Positions 39,732 through 49,209 of a stretch of DNA of 64,000 nt are shown here, piece after piece (position 1 is the stretch's first letter; every line of letters begins with the position of its first letter). The stretch comes from an uncultured Spirochaetota bacterium (GTDB taxonomy: Bacteria > Spirochaetota > Brevinematia > Brevinematales > JAOACQ01). The translations under genes were made by a program, and so were the position numbers. The notes under the pieces are model-generated. The model made no database searches, was not told the DNA's origin, and worked only from the letters and a program-made list of their open reading frames with translations. Location: positions 576,001 to 640,000 of the forward strand of contig CAWIGG010000004.1 of NCBI GenBank assembly GCA_963835575.1. The letters are read 5' to 3'.

Positions 39732-40508
39732 TCACACATCCTTCATCTTCAACACCATGAATTTATAAAACATATTGTCCAGAATTTTCGGGGCGAAGAA
39801 ATTCATGATCCCGAGAAAGCCGCCTTCAACGACTTCCCTTTTCCCTTTTATCATGGCTTTTATTATCCTTCCGGCCACTTCCCCGGCCGTGGCTATTTTC
39901 ATATTTCCGTAATTCCTCGTCCCTTCTCTTCTGATAAAAGGCGTGTCCGTCATCGGCGGGCCGTATGTCAGCACTTTTATTCCGTACTTCCGGAGCTCCA
40001 TCCGCATCCCGTCCGACATCGAGTTCAGCATGCTTTTTGTGCCGCCGTAAGCGGATAGAAAGGGCAGGGCCCGCCGGCTCAATCCGGAAGAGATGTTTAC
40101 GATCATGCCTTTTGCTTTCTTTAACCATGGCAGAGCCGCCTTCAGCATATAAAGCGGGCCGTACAGGTTCGTTTTGACCACGTTGTCAAATTCGCTCATG
40201 GACATCTTTTCCAGCGAGCCGAAAAGGCCGACCCCCGCGTTATTCACAAGAATATCAATACGGCCGAAACGCGCGGCGGCTTTTTTTACCGCTTCTTTGA
40301 CCCTTTTCTCGCTTGTCACATCCGCCTGAACAGCGATAACTCCGGTTTTTTTCGACAGCTTTGCCGCGATTTTATCCAGTTCCGGCTTTCTGCGCGCGAA
40401 GAGCGCCAGCTTCGCACCCTTACCGGCCAGATCAAAAGCGAGCGCTTTTCCGATGCCGCTGGAGGCCCCGGTTATAACAACGACTTTGTCTTTTACATTC
40501 ATAAACAT
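39732..40508 (-). CDS. SDR family oxidoreductase
   Basis: TGASSGIG, NNAG and YGGTK motifs. Confidence 0.93.
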   Translation of the reverse strand: MFMNVKDKVVVITGASSGIGKALAFDLAGKGAKLALFARRKPELDKIAAKLSKKTGVIAVQADVTSEKRVKEAVKKAAARFGRIDILVNNAGVGLFGSLEKMSMSEFDNVVKTNLYGPLYMLKAALPWLKKAKGMIVNISSGLSRRALPFLSAYGGTKSMLNSMSDGMRMELRKYGIKVLTYGPPMTDTPFIRREGTRNYGNMKIATAGEVAGRIIKAMIKGKREVVEGGFLGIMNFFAPKILDNMFYKFMVLKMKDV

Positions 40509-40571
40509 CTCCTATTCAATTGAATGTCTATTTTAATATATGATGAAATTAAGAAAAAGGAAAGCGGGGTT

Positions 40572-40751
40572 TTATTTTTCCTTGTTTAAGCATTTACCGC
40601 AAAGCTTTCTATTCAGGCAGAGTTCGCATCTTTCATCACAGCAGAACCGGCAGGCATAGCAGTCCGGGCAGTCATGTTTTTTCTTCTTTGCCGGTTCTTC
40701 ATCGGGAGTATAGACCCTGCCGATAACGCCGGGGATTTCAATAAAAGGCAT
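40572..40751 (-). CDS. 59-aa cysteine-rich small protein (below the ORF-track cutoff)
   Basis: MPFIEIPGVIGRVYTPDEEPAKKKKHDCPDCYACRFCCDERCELCLNRKLCGKCLNKEK; GGAG RBS. Confidence 0.7.
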   Translation of the reverse strand: MPFIEIPGVIGRVYTPDEEPAKKKKHDCPDCYACRFCCDERCELCLNRKLCGKCLNKEK

Positions 40752-40870
40752 TTCCGCTCCATTTCACATGTGCGGTTCTAAAAACTTTGATTTTTAAACC
40801 GCACATTATCTATATATAATAATACTGCGGGCTAAAGTCAAACAAATTTTTATTTTCAACCGGAATAAAT

Positions 40871-42389
40871 GTAACTATCCAGCCACTAAAAAATAGTCAC
40901 ATGAAATATTTGCATTGAGCATGAACCATGCTATTCTATAGCATGAATGAAGATAGAAGAGAAAAAGACTGTGCGGCCTGCTTAAAACGATTTGAAGGCA
41001 TCATTGCTGATTTACAAAACCAGATAAAGGAGCAGGGTTTAATCATTCAAAGACAAGCGGAAAAGATTAAGAAATTGGAAGAACAGCTTAATAAGGACAG
41101 CCATAACAGCAATAAACCGCCGTCTTCCGATAATCCATTCCAAAATACAGTAAAGAATTTACGGAAAAAGAGCGGTAAAAAACAAGGCGGCCAGTTTGGA
41201 CATAAGGGAAATACTCTGAAGAAAGTAGAAAGCCCTGATAAGATCATAGAACATCAGGTTGAAAAATGTTCCTGTTGTGGAATTGATTTAAGTTCCGAAT
41301 CAGTTAAGCGGACGGAAAGAAGGCAGGTGTTCGATATACCTCCGATAAAAGTGGAAGTTACCGAACATCGCTCGGAAGTAAAAGATTGTCCGCATTGCGG
41401 TGCGAGAGTAACGGCGGAGTTTCCGGAAGGCATAACCAATAAGGCACAGTATGGAAAAAACATTAAAGCGCATCTGGTCTATATGAAAACATATGGGTTG
41501 ATACCCTATGAAAGGCTTTCGGAATACGCCGAATGTTTATTGGGAGTGCCGCTCAGCAAGGCAACGATTGAAGGATTTATCCGGGAGACCTACAATAAAT
41601 TAGAAGAGTATGAACAGAAAGTCATAGAACTGATACTAAAAGAAGTGGTTCTTCACTGTGATGAAACCGGTATTCGGATAAAAGGGTTATTAAAATGGCT
41701 CCATGTTGCCTCGAATGAACGTTTTACCTATTATTTTTCTCATGACAAACGCGGCACAGAGGCGATGCGTGCGATGGACATTCTCACAAGATTTACCGGT
41801 ATTATTATCCACGATGGATGGAAAAGTTATCTGGAATTCTTATGCCGTCATGGATTGTGTAATGTACACCATTTGAGAGAGCTAATCTGGATACATGAGG
41901 AAATGGGTCAGGAATGGGCTAAGGAGATGGGTAATCTTCTTATAAGGATTAAGAATGATAAAGAGGCAAGTTTTCCAATACCGGCGGAAAGGATTATAGA
42001 ATATGATACGGAATATGACCGGATCATCGCGAAAGGATTTGCTGTAAATCCAACGCCTGAAAAGCCGGAAGGACTTGTTAAACGCGGCAGAAAAAAGCGG
42101 GGCAAGGTTTTATGCCTATTAGACCGATTAAGAAAATATAAAGAATCTGTCCTTTTATTTATGCGGGAAAAAGATGTTCCATTCAGCAACAATTTGGCGG
42201 AACGGGATATCAGAATGATAAAAGTCCAGCAGAAAATATCAGGTACATTCAGAAGCTGGAATGGAGCGGCTGCCTTTTGCAGAATCAGGGGTTATATATC
42301 TACAGTAAAAAAGATGGGCGTCAGTGTTTATCAAGCCCTTATTGACGCGTTGAACGGCTCCGCTATTAAATATGCGGCTGGATAGTTAC
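40871..42389 (+). mobile_element. IS66-family element (single-ORF type), 1519 bp
   Basis: 14-bp IR GTAACTATCCAGCC; 8-bp TSD GAATAAAT at 40863-40870 and 42390-42397. Confidence 0.95.
40928..42385 (+). CDS. IS66 TnpC transposase
   Basis: NSNKPPSSD, GGQFGHKG, zinc ribbon, HCDETG, CNVHHLRE and NNLAERDIR motifs. Confidence 0.95.
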   Translation: MLFYSMNEDRREKDCAACLKRFEGIIADLQNQIKEQGLIIQRQAEKIKKLEEQLNKDSHNSNKPPSSDNPFQNTVKNLRKKSGKKQGGQFGHKGNTLKKVESPDKIIEHQVEKCSCCGIDLSSESVKRTERRQVFDIPPIKVEVTEHRSEVKDCPHCGARVTAEFPEGITNKAQYGKNIKAHLVYMKTYGLIPYERLSEYAECLLGVPLSKATIEGFIRETYNKLEEYEQKVIELILKEVVLHCDETGIRIKGLLKWLHVASNERFTYYFSHDKRGTEAMRAMDILTRFTGIIIHDGWKSYLEFLCRHGLCNVHHLRELIWIHEEMGQEWAKEMGNLLIRIKNDKEASFPIPAERIIEYDTEYDRIIAKGFAVNPTPEKPEGLVKRGRKKRGKVLCLLDRLRKYKESVLLFMREKDVPFSNNLAERDIRMIKVQQKISGTFRSWNGAAAFCRIRGYISTVKKMGVSVYQALIDALNGSAIKYAAG

Positions 42390-42427
42390 GAATAAATTAT
42401 AATAATAAACCGGGTTTTTATATAATA

Positions 42428-44003
42428 CCTAAATTCCCAGAGTTCCGCGATTTCCGCTTGAAATCAGCCTTGCGCGGCACTGCTTGGCATCGGTTTATCA
42501 TCCCAGTCTCGCGGCTGTTGCAATTACAAGCCTTGGCGATGCCTGAATACTCGTAAATCCACAAATTCCGCTGCTCCGGGCGCAACACACCCTTGTGGCG
42601 GCCTTCACATCATCCGGTTGGGAACTCGCTATATCTGCAGCTCACATAAGTGGCAGTAAAATTTCCGCCACCGGTCCTTATCCGCAAAATAACGGCTCAA
42701 CACCAGTTTTACCTGATGGCCCTGTCTCACGATTTTCCCCGCAACCCGAATAAACCACGCCCGGAATGTTTCCGGTTCTTCCCGATGACTTTTCCGGTCA
42801 ACCAGATACCGCAGCCAGATTCCAACGTTATACGCCAGCACGCTGCAGCTCCACAGAAAATCATTCACCCAGAAATCTTGCGTCAGAAGCATCCCGGCGA
42901 ACATCTGCTGCTTCACGGCTTCGATCCAGTTTTCACACGTACCCCGGTCACCGTAAAATTTATGGCCCTGCCAAGGTTTCAAACGCATATTCGTACAATA
43001 GCAAAAATAGTCATAAACCGCTTTCGGGAATACCAGCCCTTCCGTTTCTATCCGGATCAGCTTTCTGACAGCTATGAACCGCCTCGCATGTTTCCATCCA
43101 TGCGCCCGGTACTCAAATTCCGCCTGTTCCCAGCCGCTTCGATCCGGAACCGCTGTCCAACCCCTGTTTTCCAGAAACGCCGCGAGGTTTTTCATTTTGG
43201 CTTTGACCAGAAAAAAAGCCCCTTTCATTTCTTCGATGACATCGAAAATCCTTCCGTCGAAAAATCCGCTGTCCATCCGGAACACAAGTTTTTTCCAGCC
43301 GGTATGGAGTATTCCGTAAATGTGCCGGATAAATTCAGGCGCGTTATTCGCTGTGTAAGCGTCGCCCGGCCTGAAATAGGAGAGAATACATTCCCTTGTG
43401 CTGTTCAGGAATGCCAGAAGCGGATGATAGCTCTTCGCTCCCTTTTTATGCGGATTGTAGCCTACCGCCGCTCCTTCCTGGCTTCCGTAAACCGTCTTGA
43501 CGGTCGAATCGCAGTCCACGATTTTCGTTTTTACCCGGAACTTCGCGTGGACTTTGCGGGAAAGCTTTCCGTTCAACTCATTCATCGCGTAAGATTCTTT
43601 CATACCAACGTTTTCAATCCGCTTGATGATCGTAGAATCACTGATCGGCCCTTTCAAGCCCAGAGCTGCCCGGAACAATGGATCTTCAGTAAAATTCTCG
43701 ACCTTCTTGATCCGGTTATACCCTGCCATCAGCGCGCACACGATTCCCGTAATAATTTGCTCGAACGAGAATTTCTGGTTACAATATTCCCGCACTGGAA
43801 TAAATTTTTTGAGCAACTGATTGAACCCAATCTTTTTCAAAAATACCAGCACGGGATAAATCCCGCTCACGCTGCTCAAATCCTGCGCCGTAAAACCAAC
43901 TTTGATGTTTTTCACCATTTGGGTGCTCCTTCTGTTGTTTTGTAAAGCAATATATTATAACAGATTGGGGCCCCATTTGGTATTTTTACTTTGGGAATTT
44001 AGG
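42428..44003 (-). mobile_element. IS1380-family element, 1576 bp
   Basis: IRs CCTAAATTCCCA(G/A)AGT; 5-bp TSD TAATA at 42423-42427 and 44004-44008. Confidence 0.93.
42629..43918 (-). CDS. IS1380-family transposase
   Basis: DCDST, YHPL, RMDSGF and RGTCENWIEAVK motifs. Confidence 0.93.
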   Translation of the reverse strand: MVKNIKVGFTAQDLSSVSGIYPVLVFLKKIGFNQLLKKFIPVREYCNQKFSFEQIITGIVCALMAGYNRIKKVENFTEDPLFRAALGLKGPISDSTIIKRIENVGMKESYAMNELNGKLSRKVHAKFRVKTKIVDCDSTVKTVYGSQEGAAVGYNPHKKGAKSYHPLLAFLNSTRECILSYFRPGDAYTANNAPEFIRHIYGILHTGWKKLVFRMDSGFFDGRIFDVIEEMKGAFFLVKAKMKNLAAFLENRGWTAVPDRSGWEQAEFEYRAHGWKHARRFIAVRKLIRIETEGLVFPKAVYDYFCYCTNMRLKPWQGHKFYGDRGTCENWIEAVKQQMFAGMLLTQDFWVNDFLWSCSVLAYNVGIWLRYLVDRKSHREEPETFRAWFIRVAGKIVRQGHQVKLVLSRYFADKDRWRKFYCHLCELQI

Positions 44004-44029
44004 TAATATTATAATTCGGGAGGAATATT

Positions 44030-45085
44030 ATGCCTGAGGGTTTTATTCAATCCCATATCAAGCGGACAAACAGGAATTTTATACTGACAAACATCATCAT
44101 TCTGGCGGTTACAGTCTTAATAGCGGCGGGCTCGCACCGTTATCTTTATAATTTTTTTAACGGACCCTTTGAAACGGATTTGGAAACAATATCTTCCATG
44201 GCAAATCCCAGCAACAGTTTGAAGTATTATTTTTCCATAAAAGGCGAAAAATCATATCAGACGGGACTTCAGCATATTGTAAAACGGTATGATAAATACA
44301 CAAAAAAAGTGAAAAGCGAGACCATTGAATCCGATTATCTCTATCTTCAATTAAAAAAGAAGCTGCTGGTCATTAAAGTTCCCCATGGGCGGGAGGGCAC
44401 GCAATTTTCCGGCACTCTGGAAATAATGCCGTCCGATGTTGAACATGAATTAAAAAATATAGAAAAAGAAGACAATAACCGGCCGGAGGCCGATTTTAAG
44501 AAACATGTACTTCCCGTGATGATGGACGCCTCGGATTTCAAACTCGCCGGTTATATCGGGATCGCCGTCTGCTCCATTCTCATTCTCATAGCCTTATTCA
44601 ATATCATCAGGTTTATAAAAAGATCCCAGGACCATAAACTCCATCCGATATATAAATCCCTTTCAAAATTCGGTAATCCCGAAATATTGATCAGCAATAT
44701 CAATAACGAGCTTAAACTCAAGGCTGAAACCCAGGCCGGCAAACTAATCCTGACGGATTCATGGCTTTTTATTCCTACAGTTTATACCCTTAAACCGGCG
44801 CTATTAAATTATGTGGTCTGGGTGTATAAAAAAATAACACAGCGCCGTGTTAATTTTATTCCTACCGGTAAAACATTTTCTATTGTTATTTATTTAAAAG
44901 ACAAAAGCGAATTATCCGCACAGATGAACGAAGGGCTTGTCAACCAGGCGATTGTACAGATCCAGGCTAAAATACCATGGGTCATCGCCGGCTATTCCGA
45001 TGAAGTCCAGAGATTGTGGAATAAAAATTTTCCTGAATTCCTGGCGGCCGTTGAGCAGAGAAAGGCTGAAAAGACGGAGAGTTAG
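44030..45085 (+). CDS. Two-TM membrane protein of unknown function (possibly DUF6709-like)
   Basis: Two hydrophobic segments; GGAGG RBS; VVWVYKK and PWVIAGYS in the cytoplasmic domain. Confidence 0.6.
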   Translation: MPEGFIQSHIKRTNRNFILTNIIILAVTVLIAAGSHRYLYNFFNGPFETDLETISSMANPSNSLKYYFSIKGEKSYQTGLQHIVKRYDKYTKKVKSETIESDYLYLQLKKKLLVIKVPHGREGTQFSGTLEIMPSDVEHELKNIEKEDNNRPEADFKKHVLPVMMDASDFKLAGYIGIAVCSILILIALFNIIRFIKRSQDHKLHPIYKSLSKFGNPEILISNINNELKLKAETQAGKLILTDSWLFIPTVYTLKPALLNYVVWVYKKITQRRVNFIPTGKTFSIVIYLKDKSELSAQMNEGLVNQAIVQIQAKIPWVIAGYSDEVQRLWNKNFPEFLAAVEQRKAEKTES

Positions 45086-45110
45086 GCTTTTTTATAATAC
45101 CCCAATAAAA

Positions 45111-45147
45111 CGCTGATTTACACGGATGAGGCGGATTTACGCGGATT
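45111..45147 (+). repeat. Solo CGGAT-periodic repeat arm
   Basis: cacggatgaggcggattt is identical to the reverse complement of 29096-29113. Confidence 0.7.
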
Positions 45148-45191
45148 ATTTTTTTCAACTCTGCCATTCATTCTATAATATGCTTTTTCAG

Positions 45192-45407
45192 CTAAAAAAG
45201 CTTTTTTAATTCTTCAATGGTGATTCCAGCTTTTTTTAGAATATTGTGAAGAGTACCTTTCTTGATTTTATTATGATTGGGAACAACAACAGAAATATTC
45301 TTTTCCAGATTATGCAAAAAGATATGGCTTCCCCGTTGATGATCGACGATAAATCCTATCCTGCGTAATGCCCTAGTAATTTCCTTGCCGGAAAAAGTCT
45401 TGCTCAT
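45192..45407 (-). CDS. hicA: HicA toxin
   Basis: GF...QRGSH...VVVPNH...GTL.NILKKAG. Confidence 0.93.
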   Translation of the reverse strand: MSKTFSGKEITRALRRIGFIVDHQRGSHIFLHNLEKNISVVVPNHNKIKKGTLHNILKKAGITIEELKKLF

Positions 45408-45619
45408 AAAGCAATTTCAAGCTCTTTTATCTTTTTATCAGGTTTGGACTTTATCTGGTTCAGCTTTTCAATACCCTCAAGATAACAGATAATGGCTTCC
45501 CTGGCGTTTTCCAATGCTTCCTCTTCAGTATCACCTTCTGTATAACAGCCGTCCAGAGCCGGAACGGTAACATTAAACCCGCCTTCTTCCGCTTTTTCAA
45601 GAACAATATTAAATTTCAT
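45404..45619 (-). CDS. hicB: Short HicB antitoxin
   Basis: [41 protein letters not shown] before ATG 45619. Confidence 0.92.
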   Translation of the reverse strand: MKFNIVLEKAEEGGFNVTVPALDGCYTEGDTEEEALENAREAIICYLEGIEKLNQIKSKPDKKIKELEIAL

Positions 45620-45682
45620 TTTATTCTCCTGATTAAAACTAATTATATTCAATAAGAATAAAATAGTCAAACGCTTTTAATT

Positions 45683-45712
45683 AAAAAACCGCCGGTTTAT
45701 CCGGCGGCTTTT
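45683..45712. terminator. Bidirectional intrinsic terminator; intron target
   Basis: aaaaaaccgccgg-ttta-tccggcggctttt. Confidence 0.8.
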
Positions 45713-45718
45713 ATCTTT

Positions 45719-46552
45719 GTGCGCCCGGCAGGGCGCACGTTCTTGCGGGTGAAAGTCCCGTATGCACCCGGTAAGGGGAAGCATTAGCCGGACGGCAAGG
45801 GTGTCCGCCGTGAGGCGGAATCTGAAGGAAGCTGCAGGCAAAGCACTGGTCTGACGAACAGAAACCGCATAGAGGCGGCACTGCTGGGTGAGACGGCAAT
45901 TATCGTTAAAGCCCGATACTTACACAGAAAGCAATGACGTAGATGCGGCAGACATAAGTGTGAAGGAACGAGCGCATTACCCGGGGAGGTCTGACAGCCT
46001 GCCACATATTGGCTATTGTCATCGAAAGGTGATAAGAGGGGTTTTCAGAAGTCAGCAGAAGCCATAGTAACCTCTTGACCGGAGGCGAAGGGCAGAACCA
46101 AACTATAGGAGTACCGCTATGAATCCTGACACGGTAACTTACGCAGAAGCGGAAGGAAACTTTCCGGCTTTGACAAAGGATAGGGACGGAATTCCGAAGA
46201 ATAGCCAAAGCGCGTGTATCCGTGCAGAGAGTCAAAGAAGGAGTACACCGGATGAAACAAATTTAATAGAGCGTCTGGTCAAACGCGAGAACATGCTGGA
46301 AGCTTATCACAGGGTGGTAAGCAATAAGGGGGTGGCGGGAGTTGACGGAGTCACTGTAAAACAGCTAAAAGGCTTCATCAACAAACATATGAACATCGCC
46401 TTTCCTAAGAAATTATTCGACAGTATGGGACTCGTATCGATGCTGAACAAGATTTGTATTTATCAGAAATTATATTTTGGAACCGCCGTATACGGAACCG
46501 TACGTACGGTGGTGTGAGAGGTCGGCGGGTGTAAACCCGCCTCCTACTCAAT
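45719..46552 (+). mobile_element. Class C (IIC) group II intron with internally deleted ORF, 834 nt
   Basis: 5' GTGCGCCCGGCA...GGTGAAAGTCC. Short D5 GAACCGCCGTATACGGAACCGTACGTACGGTGGTG, D6 hairpin and 3' ACTCAAT. It starts 6 nt after a terminator. Confidence 0.92.
46119..46517 (+). pseudogene. Remnant of intron RT/maturase
   Basis: RT0 (ENMLEAYHRVVSNKGVAGVDG) joined to a maturase-type tail (HMNIAFPKKLFDSMGLVSM); no YADD motif. Confidence 0.85.
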
Positions 46553-47077
46553 TTAATATTTTTTATCAGCATAGTCCACCCAGCCGCCTGCCTTGACCAG
46601 TTCTGCGTCGAAAGGATCGAGTTTAAACGGAATGCCGTCATGTTTGCCGCCGCCTTCGATTTCAAAACTGGATTTGTCCAGATTAACAGTAATAACAGCG
46701 TCAGAGCCTTTATATCTTTCAAAAAGCATTGAAATAGTTTCTTTCGGGAGCTCGATGGCCAGCATTCCGCCGTTGAACATATTCTGCCGGAATATGCGCG
46801 CGTAGCTTTCCGCTATGACCGTCGTTATGCCGTTCATTTCCAGCGCCCATGGAGCATGCTCGCGGGAAGAACCGCAGCCGAAGTTGGCCCTTGATATGAC
46901 AACTTCTTTCCCGGCGATATCCTTCGCCGCATTAAAGCCTTCCAGCTTGAGGTCTTCCAGCAGGAAAGGCTTGAGAGCCTCTTTTGTGATTTCCGTCAGG
47001 TACTTTGCCGGGATGATCTCATCCGTATTGATGTCATTTTTATCTAAGAATAATACTTTTCCTTTAAAACTTTTCAT
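46553..47077 (-). CDS. leuD: 3-isopropylmalate dehydratase small subunit
   Basis: DINTDEIIPA, NFGCGSSREHA and ARIFRQN motifs. Confidence 0.9.
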   Translation of the reverse strand: MKSFKGKVLFLDKNDINTDEIIPAKYLTEITKEALKPFLLEDLKLEGFNAAKDIAGKEVVISRANFGCGSSREHAPWALEMNGITTVIAESYARIFRQNMFNGGMLAIELPKETISMLFERYKGSDAVITVNLDKSSFEIEGGGKHDGIPFKLDPFDAELVKAGGWVDYADKKY

Positions 47078-47087
47078 ATAATTCTCC

Positions 47088-47468
47088 TTATTTTTTGCTT
47101 AATTTACAGCAGAGGACATAAACAAGCCCGCCGATTACCGGCACAATAAACACTGTACCTGATAGAAATAACAGACGGTCGGCAAACCCTTCGTTTCCGA
47201 TGTCCCTCCAAATGAATGTATGGGTTATTAATGCTGTTACGGCGGCCAGGATTGCCATCAGGAAACCCATCATCAGGGAAAAAACCAGCGGTTTTTCCGG
47301 TTTTCTAAAAAACACATAGATGATCGCCCCTATCTGGATGATGAGGGGAGTTAATACATACCGTGCGTTTAAAGGCACGCCGGTCCATTTCAAGATGAAC
47401 AGTATGAGAAAGCAGATCAGGAAAACCGGTATTAACAGAAGCCATGTCCTTTTATTCAACATACCCAT
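47088..47468 (-). CDS. Four-TM membrane protein of unknown function inside the leuC-leuD operon
   Basis: Hydrophobic ORF with 10-13-nt gaps to both neighbours. Confidence 0.6.
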   Translation of the reverse strand: MGMLNKRTWLLLIPVFLICFLILFILKWTGVPLNARYVLTPLIIQIGAIIYVFFRKPEKPLVFSLMMGFLMAILAAVTALITHTFIWRDIGNEGFADRLLFLSGTVFIVPVIGGLVYVLCCKLSKK

Positions 47469-47481
47469 ATTGTTTTCCTAA

Positions 47482-48768
47482 TTATCCTTTAAACAGCGAT
47501 GAATTGGTTATTTTTCCTTTGATCGCCGTCGCGGCCGCCGTGGCCGGGCTCATCAAATGCACCATTCCTCCCTTGCCCATTCGGCCGTAGAAGTTGCGGT
47601 TTGTCGTTGATGCGCAGGCTTCGCCTGCCGCCAGCACGCCGTTACTCATACCAAGGCATGCTCCGCATGTCGGGTTGGTAACGCAGAAGCCCGCATCGGC
47701 AAAGATGCCGATCAGCCCTTCCTTCAAGGCCGCCGTGAAGACCTTCGGCGTAGCCGGAGAAAGGATGGCTCTTACTGTGTCCGCAGTTTTTTTGCCTTTG
47801 ACGATTTCAGCCGCGATCCGTAAATCCTCAATGCGGCCGTTTGTACAGCTCCCGATATAAACCTGGTCGACCGGAGTCCCTTCCATATCGCGGACGGTCT
47901 TGACCTGGTCGGGCTTATAACCGAATGTGACCATGGGTTCCAATTTACTTAAATCATACTCGATCACTTTTTCATACTTCGCGTCTTTATCGGATATCCA
48001 TTTCGAGTATTCTTTTAACGCCGCTTCTTTTGATTTAAATTCATCCTTGATGAATTCCCAGAGATAATCAACTGTCGTCATGTCGGGATAGCAAACGCCG
48101 CTTGTTCCGCCGGCCTCAATCGCCATGTTGCAGAGAGTCATTCTCGATTCCATCGACATATCGTCCACAACCGGCCCTGTGAATTCCATCACATGGTCCG
48201 TCGCGCCGTTAACCGTGACCTGCGAAATGATGTACAGGATCACATCCTTGGCGTAAACACCCGGCTGAAGCTTTCCTTTTAAAACAAATTTGATCGTTTT
48301 CGGGCATTTAAAAGCGCAGACGCCTTTTAAAATCCCCACTTCAAGGTCAGTTGTACCGACCCCGGCCGCGAAGGCGCCGAATGCCCCATGCGTGCATGTA
48401 TGCGAATCTCCCATAATGACGGTATAGCCGGGCCGTACAAAACCCTTTTCAGGGAACAGGGCATGGCAGACGCCGTTATGTCCGATATCAAAGAAATCCT
48501 TTATTTTATTCCGCCGCGCCCAGTCGCGCAGGATCTTTCCCTGTTCGGCTGTTTTCGAGTCCTTGGCCGGTGAGACATGGTCTATCACAGCTTTGATTTT
48601 ATCCGGATCGAACACCCTGTCTTTTCCTCTCGCCATCAAGTCCGTGATGGCTATGGGAGTTGTGATCTCATGGCAGAAAACCACGTCCAGCTTTAATACA
48701 AAGCTGTCCTCAAAAGGTTTTTCCACCAGATGCGCATCAAAAATCTTTCCCGCAATCGTCTTGCCCAT
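47482..48768 (-). CDS. leuC: 3-isopropylmalate dehydratase large subunit
   Basis: DSHTCTHGA, IGSCTNGR, CGACLG and TTNRNF motifs; GGAGG RBS before ATG 48768. Confidence 0.9.
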   Translation of the reverse strand: MGKTIAGKIFDAHLVEKPFEDSFVLKLDVVFCHEITTPIAITDLMARGKDRVFDPDKIKAVIDHVSPAKDSKTAEQGKILRDWARRNKIKDFFDIGHNGVCHALFPEKGFVRPGYTVIMGDSHTCTHGAFGAFAAGVGTTDLEVGILKGVCAFKCPKTIKFVLKGKLQPGVYAKDVILYIISQVTVNGATDHVMEFTGPVVDDMSMESRMTLCNMAIEAGGTSGVCYPDMTTVDYLWEFIKDEFKSKEAALKEYSKWISDKDAKYEKVIEYDLSKLEPMVTFGYKPDQVKTVRDMEGTPVDQVYIGSCTNGRIEDLRIAAEIVKGKKTADTVRAILSPATPKVFTAALKEGLIGIFADAGFCVTNPTCGACLGMSNGVLAAGEACASTTNRNFYGRMGKGGMVHLMSPATAAATAIKGKITNSSLFKG

Positions 48769-48843
48769 ATTGTTCCTCCTAAGAATACCTGTCATTAACT
48801 TAATATTATTATTACAATTAAAACATTGCCTGGCGCCTGGGAT

Positions 48844-49098
48844 TTCACCACAGAGATCACGGAGATTGATTTTTTAAATATTTATTTTACTTCTAATAAT
48901 ATTATCCTCAGACTGTGTGAAAAGTAAAAAAACGCTCCCTGAGTGTGTTCTCCCTGCTTTTACGCTTGTATCGAAGGGAGCATAATATAGGGTCCCATTT
49001 GATACAATTTGCCTTCGGCAAATCACACTTCGATAAACTCAGTGCAACGCTCAGGGAACGCTCTTTTCACACAGTCTGCCTGCGTCCTCCGTGGTGAA
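48844..49098. repeat. Three-level nested palindromic element
   Basis: Outer ttcaccacagag / ctccgtggtgaa, middle perfect 16-bp IR (48909-48924 / 49063-49078), inner CCTGAG...TCGAAG units. Confidence 0.75.
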
Positions 49099-49152
49099 TT
49101 AAAGTAACATTCAGGATATTCAGATAAGCTATCCTTAATTAACTAATAGTTA

Positions 49153-49195
49153 ATATACTTAAGTATATATTAAGTTATTTTTATTGTATTGTCAA
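49153..49195 (-). promoter_or_regulatory. leuCD promoter with palindromic operator
   Basis: Minus-strand TTGACA-N17-TAATAT; perfect palindrome ATATACTTAAGTATAT at 49153-49168. Confidence 0.7.
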
Positions 49196-49209
49196 CTTTT
49201 TTTGAAAAA

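Noticed and set aside
42650..43945. 431-aa ORF antisense to the IS1380 transposase
   Set aside because: It is in exact codon register with the transposase, so it stays open simply because TTA/CTA/TCA codons are avoided; no motifs recognised.
46119..46517. Retron or DGR reverse transcriptase
   Set aside because: It lies inside group II intron boundaries, has no catalytic RT core, and no TR/VR pair was seen.
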